In this document: in pieces, positions 58,675-64,000 of the stretch
Numbering within the stretch: the first letter of the stretch is position 1
Layout: every line of letters starts with the position of its first letter
NCBI GenBank assembly: GCA_963815195.1
Contig: CAWFGE010000013.1
Location: 896,001-960,000, forward strand
Source of the DNA: an uncultured Planctomycetaceae bacterium
GTDB taxonomy: Bacteria; Planctomycetota; Planctomycetia; Planctomycetales; Planctomycetaceae
DNA: 64,000 nt
Reading direction: 5' to 3'
Notes under the pieces: model-generated
What the model was told of the DNA's origin: nothing
The model's input: the letters and a program-made list of their open reading frames with translations, nothing else
Database searches by the model: none
Made by a program: the position numbers and the translations under genes

Positions 58675-60012
58675 ATGTTGGAGATTCTGGGAACACGGTC
58701 CCGGTTGTGCGATGGATTCACCCGGCGGGACGTGCTGAAGATCGGAGCTTTGGGATTGGGCGGCTTGTCGTTGCCGGCTTTGTTGCGGGCGGAGCAACAG
58801 GCGGACGTTAAGCGATCCCACAAATCCATCATCATGATTTACATGGTGGGGGCGCCGCCGCACCAGGACATGTACGATTTGAAGATGGAAGCGCCCGCGG
58901 AGATTCGGGGCGAGTTTCTGCCGATCGAGACCAGCGTGCCCGGCATTCAAATCTGCGAGCACATGCCGGGCCTGGCGAAGATTATGGACAAATGCGTGCC
59001 GTTGCGGTCGGTACATGGCTCGCCCAACGGGGCGCACGATTCATTCATTTGTTACACCGGCCGCACGACGCAAAACCAGCCGCCCGGCGGTTGGCCCGCC
59101 ATTGGGCCGGTGGTGTCGAAGGTGTTGGGGCCGGTGAATCGCTCGGTGCCGCCGTTTGTGGGGCTCGCGCCCGATGCGGGGCATCCGCCTTATGGCTCGC
59201 CGGGACTGCCGGGCTTTTTGGGCGTCGGGCATGCGGCGTTTCGGCCGTCGGGACCGGCGCGGGACGACATGGTGCTCAATGGCATTTCCGAAGATCGGCT
59301 CAAAAGCCGGAAGGCCCTGCGGTCGGCCTTGGACAACCTTCGCCGGGATGTCGATGCGGGCGGCATGATGGACGGCGTGGATGCGATCAACCAGCAGGCG
59401 CTCGACATCCTCACGTCCAGCCGACTGGCCGACGCCCTCGATTTGTCCCAGGAAGATCCCGCCGTTCGCGAGCGCTACGGCAAAGGCGATCCCAAGAACT
59501 TCGGCGACGGGGCTCCGCGAAACCTCGAGCATTTTCTGCTCGCCCGCCGATTGGTCGAAGCCGGGGCGCGGGTGGTGACACTCAACTTCGGCCGCTGGGA
59601 TTTTCACAGCAACAACTTCGGCGGGGCGAAAGACACGCATCTGCCGCTCTTTGACCGCGGCCTTTCCACATTGATCGCAGACCTGCACGAACGCGGCCTG
59701 GCGGACGATGTGGCCGTGGTCGCCTGGGGCGAATTTGGCCGGACGCCCAAGATCAATAAAGACGCCGGCCGCGACCACTGGCCGCAAGTCGGCGGCGGCC
59801 TGATCGCAGGCGGGGGTTTCAAAACGGGCCAGGTCATCGGGGCCACCGACCGCATCGGCGGCGAGATCGCCGACCGCCCCGTGCACTTCGGCGAAGTCCA
59901 CGCCACGCTGCACCGCTTTTTGGGCCTCGGCCTCGAAACCAAACTCCCCGACCTCGCCGGCCGCCCGCAATACGTCATCGACGGCCACGAACCGCTACGG
60001 GAGATTCTGTGA
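58675..60012 (+). CDS. DUF1501 family protein
   Basis: TRRDVLKIG, LARRLVEAGAR, WDFH and GEFGRTPKIN..AGRDHW. Confidence 0.92.
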   Translation: MLEILGTRSRLCDGFTRRDVLKIGALGLGGLSLPALLRAEQQADVKRSHKSIIMIYMVGAPPHQDMYDLKMEAPAEIRGEFLPIETSVPGIQICEHMPGLAKIMDKCVPLRSVHGSPNGAHDSFICYTGRTTQNQPPGGWPAIGPVVSKVLGPVNRSVPPFVGLAPDAGHPPYGSPGLPGFLGVGHAAFRPSGPARDDMVLNGISEDRLKSRKALRSALDNLRRDVDAGGMMDGVDAINQQALDILTSSRLADALDLSQEDPAVRERYGKGDPKNFGDGAPRNLEHFLLARRLVEAGARVVTLNFGRWDFHSNNFGGAKDTHLPLFDRGLSTLIADLHERGLADDVAVVAWGEFGRTPKINKDAGRDHWPQVGGGLIAGGGFKTGQVIGATDRIGGEIADRPVHFGEVHATLHRFLGLGLETKLPDLAGRPQYVIDGHEPLREIL

Positions 60013-60263
60013 GGGCCGAAGGCCTGGCTCTATGTCAGCCCAGGGCCAGCGCAGCGCCGCCCTGGGTTACGGATGATGAACGAACGCAAGCCCCAGCGGG
60101 GCGGCTCTATACGGCAACTCTCGCCGCAGACCGAGCCATGGCTTAGTTCTGTAGTTCTAGTTTAGGACCGCCCCCTTTGGGGCTTTGGCATCTTGTTTGG
60201 TCCCGTTCCCCAGGGCTGTGCCGGCTGCGCCCCGGGGCTGACATAGTGCCGGACCTTTGGTCC
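60013..60263. repeat. Long (about 250 bp) REPIN/MITE-like fold-back element
   Basis: The left arm GGGCCGAAGGCCTGGCTCTATGTCAGCCCAGGGC pairs with the right arm GCCCCGGGGCTGACATAGTGCCGGACCTTTGGTCC; internal GCCCC-N3-GGGGC hairpins. Confidence 0.75.
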
Positions 60264-60281
60264 TTTTTCCATCATCTGAAA

Positions 60282-61378
60282 CTACGGAATTGTTGTTTCA
60301 GCCCGTTTCGATGCGCGAAGGGCTTCGAGCGTCTTTTGAAAATCCTCCGGCAGCGGGGCTTCGAAGGTGAGGGGTTTGCCGGTTTCGGGGTGATTGAACT
60401 CTAAGCGGTACGCGTGCAGGGCCTGGCGGTGGATGAGGATGTCGTCGTTTTCTTCCGTGATGTTGGGATCAATGTCCGAGCGGGTGAGCGTGGATCGGCC
60501 GCCATACATTCTGTCGGCCACGATGGGATGCCCGATGTGCTGCATGTGCACGCGGATTTGGTGGGTGCGGCCGGTCTTGGGGAACAGCTTGACGTAAGTG
60601 AATTTGTTGGACGCCGTGGGGGAGAAGCGCTCGATGACTTCGTAAAACGTGCTCGCGTGCCGGGCGTTGCCGCCGGGTTCGCAGATCAACATTTTTTCGC
60701 GGTGCTTGGGATGCACGCGGACGTAGGTTTCGATGTAGTCGCTCTCGAAAGCGATGTGCTTCCAGACCAGGGCGCGGTATTCTTTCTTCACGTCCCGGCG
60801 TTCGAATTGGTGCTCAGGCGGTGATGGACCTGGTTGTTCTTGGCGACGACCAACACGCCGCTGGTGTCGCGGTCCAGGCGGTGGACGATGCCGGGCCGCA
60901 GGCTGCCCGCGATGTCGCTCAGCTCATCGAAATGAAACTGCAGCGCCCCCGCGAGAGTGCCGCGGTAATTCCCCTTGCCCGGATGCACGATCATGTCCGG
61001 CGATTTATTGAGCACGATGATCCAATCATCCTCGAAGATGACATCGAGCGGGATGTCTTCGGGAGGAAGATTGTTGTCGGGCTGCTCGGGGAGTTTGACC
61101 GAGACGCGGTCGTTGACCCGCAGTCGGCGGGAGGGTTTCACCGGCAATCCGTTGACGAGCACCGCCTGCTGGTTGATGGCGGACTGAAACAAAGCCCGGC
61201 TGTAATTGGAGAACAGCCGGCTCAGGTAATGATCGAGCCGCCAGCCGTGGGCGCGGGCTTCGACGGTGACCTCCACCGGTTCCGAGGAGAGTGCCGGGAC
61301 CAGAGCGGCCAAAGATTCTTCATCCTCATCGCTCAGGTCGTCAGTGAGTTCCGGGCGGTCCTCCGCGGCATCGGTCAT
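60282..61378 (-). CDS. rluD: RluA-family pseudouridine synthase with an S4 domain (RluD-like); frameshift near 60815
   Basis: RLDHYL, VLNKSPDMIVHP, GIVHRLDRDTSG, TGRTHQIRVH and RQALHA. Confidence 0.9.
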
Positions 61379-61476
61379 GGGTTTTCAAAGCAAAGATGTT
61401 GAATTCTGAAGCTACGAAGTCATTGGGCTGACGCCCAACGCTCGCCGATCCCCGTCTCTCGTTCTCCCCCCTGTTC

Positions 61477-62359
61477 TTATTCGGGAGGAGTGAGAGCCGG
61501 TCCCGGGCCGGGTTTCTCGGCGCTCGCGGGGCCGTTGGCCTTTTCCTGGCCTTGTTTCACGAGCGAATCCAATTCCTGCATCATGGATTCTTCGGTGACG
61601 GGGGCGGGCGGGAACATCGGGGCCCCCGGCGAAATCGGCGGGTGATTGGGCGGCAGCCGCGTGGAGCCGGGAAGCGATTTCCCGTCATCGGGCAGCTCGA
61701 AATCTTTGGGGTTCGGGTTTTGCTCGCGGAACCAGGCGTAGAATTCCTGCGCCCGCTTGGTTTTCAGATCTTTGATCCGCTCGTCCGCAAAGGGGCGGTA
61801 AATGGAATCGGGAAACTGATCGACAAACCGCTGGTAGGCTTCGACCGCTTTGTCCACGCCCTTCACGTTTTGGCCCGACTCGCCCACGTCCACGCCCGCG
61901 AGCGTTTCCAGGCAGCGGGCGAGGCCGAACAGCCGGCGTTCCTCGATCAGATCGGACTTTGTGTCCGCGAGCTTGGTGAAGGCTTCGTGGGCTTTGACCA
62001 GTTCGGAGACGCTGCCCCGCCGATCGATGGGCGACATTTCGATGCCCGAGTTCAATGCCCGCTCGGCCTCTTTGAGCAACGCCCAGTGGCCGACGGGATC
62101 GTTGGGGTACTGTGAGGCGACTTCCGCGAAATCTTCGGCGGAATCGGCGGCCAGCATGGAAGTCCACCGCTCCTCCTTGGCCGCGGTGGCGCTCATCGTC
62201 CACCAGATCACAACGACGGCGACGATCGAGGCCAAGCCCACGCCGATGAATACCGTCTTGCCGTAGGACTCCATAAAGGATTCCCACGCACCGCGAGCAT
62301 GGCGGCCCCATTTTTCGAGGCTCGGTTTCCTGCAGTCGATGTCGTTCTTCACTTTTCAT
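61477..62359 (-). CDS. Single-TM TPR-like (YfgM-like) protein; frameshift near 62320
   Basis: MKSEERHRLQ start, a TM helix, helical repeats (FGLARCLE, AVEAYQRFVDQFPDSIY) and a Pro-rich tail. Confidence 0.7.
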
Positions 62360-62625
62360 GGCCACGCTCCGCGGCAATCCTGACGCAAACGGGAGAAAAT
62401 CCTCCGAAGAGCGCAAGTATAGGCGGGATAAAAAACGCGGTCAAGCGGGCCGTCCGTTTGCCGGTGCGGCTGTTTTCCGCCGGCTGAAAAAACCGCCCGA
62501 AACGCACGCGAGGGAAATGCGGAATTCCTCGATTGCGGTTCGGGCGGTCTGAAGAGCCAGAAACGCGCCAGCGTCCGGTTCTCTTCATGAACCGGGGCGA
62601 GCGCTACGGCTAGGGAATGAACGGT

Positions 62626-63000
62626 TTAACCCTGCTGGCGGACGCGTTTGCGGACGTCGGTTTCGAGGACGCCGAAGGCTTGCTCGTGACGCTGGAGGGC
62701 CATCGACAGGGCGCTCAACAGGCGTTTGGCGGTGTAGTGGTTGAGAATGATCCGCTGCGAAACGTTCACGGTCTGCGGACCGGTGGCATAGGGCTGCGGA
62801 TTGAGGCCCAAATCGAGCACCAACTCTTCGGGGGTGCTCATCACGCGGCAAAAATTCGCATAATGGGCTTCCACGTTGTCATCGCTCACCGTGATCGCCT
62901 GTTGGCCGGCGGCGGCCGGTTGCTGTTGCTGGGGAGCCGCGGCTTGGGGCGCGTCCGTCTCGGCGGTTTCTTCTTGGGGCGTGTCTTTGTCTTTGGCCAT
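62626..63000 (-). CDS. DUF3467 family protein
   Basis: [19 protein letters not shown]...[12 protein letters not shown]...HEQAFG. Confidence 0.85.
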   Translation of the reverse strand: MAKDKDTPQEETAETDAPQAAAPQQQQPAAAGQQAITVSDDNVEAHYANFCRVMSTPEELVLDLGLNPQPYATGPQTVNVSQRIILNHYTAKRLLSALSMALQRHEQAFGVLETDVRKRVRQQG

Positions 63001-63218
63001 GCAATCATTCTCCTTAATCAGGGTTCAAAGGGATGCGGGGATCAGGCCCTTATAACAGTGCAAAAGCGGAGTTGCAACGAGCCTCACTGGTCAAACTCCC
63101 AGGAATCCGAAGAACAGAAGACACGCTCCTTCCCAGCTTTCCTGGATTAACATTTCGAAGCGAGATTTTGAGATGCAATTGATTGTCGTTTGCGAGTGTC
63201 CGGAAAGGTCGATAATGG

Positions 63219-64000
63219 TCACAGCCGGAAGTGGAAGGTTTTGCGGAAGTAACGCCAAAGATGCTCGCCGGTGGTGCGGCGGTCCACCACGAACCGGGCC
63301 CAGCCTTTCAGTCCCGGCCGCATGAGGTCGGCGTCTTCGCGGATCAAAACCGTGGCCTGATAGGCGATGCTCGTCAGGCGTTCCCGGCCCTGTTTGTCGG
63401 TAACCGTGGGCAGTTCGCCGTCGGCTTTGTTGGAGAGCGCCTGCGGCGCGAACTCCAGATGCCGGTCCGAAATGGTGTCCAACGTCGCGGAATAGGTTCG
63501 GCTCGGCAGATGGTCGAACTTGAGCTCCACCGGATCGCCGACCGCCACGTCGTCGCGGTGGCTTTGGTCGATGACCAGCACGGCTTCCAGGTTCTCGGAC
63601 GGGGCAATGCTCAAAACTTGCGTGCGCTCCTCGAGGAGCGCATGGTCGTTTCGCGGATCGAGCGGCGTTCCGTACCACCCGCCCAACTCATCCCGGGTCC
63701 GGTCGTGAACGGGACGTTCGGTTCGCGGCGGCTCGACGACGACGCCGTCCACGGGGGCCACCAGCGTCAATTGCCGGATCTGGTCTTCAAAGTCGGCGAT
63801 TTTTTCCGTGAGGGAGCGGACCCGTTCGCGGGCCAGTTGCTCCTGGCCGTAGTCTTTCATGTGGAAGAATTTCCTGACTTCTTCCTCCTGGACGCCCTGT
63901 TCCATCTTGAGTTCGCGGAGCTTGTCTTCCACTTCCGGGTTTTCCAAAACGACGAGCACGTCGCCCTTTTTGACTTTCTGGCCGGGGAGGACTTTGAGTT
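63219..64000 (-). CDS. HlyD-family adaptor protein, C-terminal part (5' end outside the window)
   Basis: PGQKVKKGDVLVVLENP, coiled coil, LVAPVDGVV, MRPGLKGWA and LWRYFRKTFHFRL. Confidence 0.8.
   Translation of the reverse strand, partial: LKVLPGQKVKKGDVLVVLENPEVEDKLRELKMEQGVQEEEVRKFFHMKDYGQEQLARERVRSLTEKIADFEDQIRQLTLVAPVDGVVVEPPRTERPVHDRTRDELGGWYGTPLDPRNDHALLEERTQVLSIAPSENLEAVLVIDQSHRDDVAVGDPVELKFDHLPSRTYSATLDTISDRHLEFAPQALSNKADGELPTVTDKQGRERLTSIAYQATVLIREDADLMRPGLKGWARFVVDRRTTGEHLWRYFRKTFHFRL

Overview
High-GC (about 60-65% by eye) bacterial chromosome segment, almost certainly Planctomycetota: three DUF1501 genes, DUF1549/DUF1553 and DUF1592/DUF1552 cytochrome-c-domain genes, and a prenyltransferase-repeat protein. 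About 20 genes, including housekeeping ones, carry single-base frameshifts; these are most likely long-read indel errors. From left to right: a GH63/MGH1-like glycosidase; a TroABCD-like Mn/Zn/Fe ABC operon in which both permeases are fused to DtxR-type domains; nrdR preceded by phased NrdR boxes; a membrane-anchored sulfatase-like protein; a complete Na+-type N-ATPase operon (atpDCQRBEFAG) downstream of two cytochrome c'-like genes and a Zn-dependent alcohol dehydrogenase; a sigma54 response regulator; a DUF1552/DUF1592 pair next to an IS66 scar; mazG; a truncated IS481-like element with a highly structured 3' non-coding tail; an acyl-CoA synthetase-GNAT fusion; orphan HlyD-type adaptors; and many REP/REPIN palindrome families. 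The most unusual region is 40.6-43.65 kb, between two convergent genes. A REP-associated tyrosine transposase (RAYT) is split there into a 3' part and a 5' part in reversed order, each abutting REP repeats. Between them lie REP-delimited cargo cassettes, including a low-GC two-gene module (2TM plus twin-CxxC protein and a small Cys-rich partner) bracketed by an exact 24-bp direct repeat. No rRNA, tRNA or CRISPR array was recognised.
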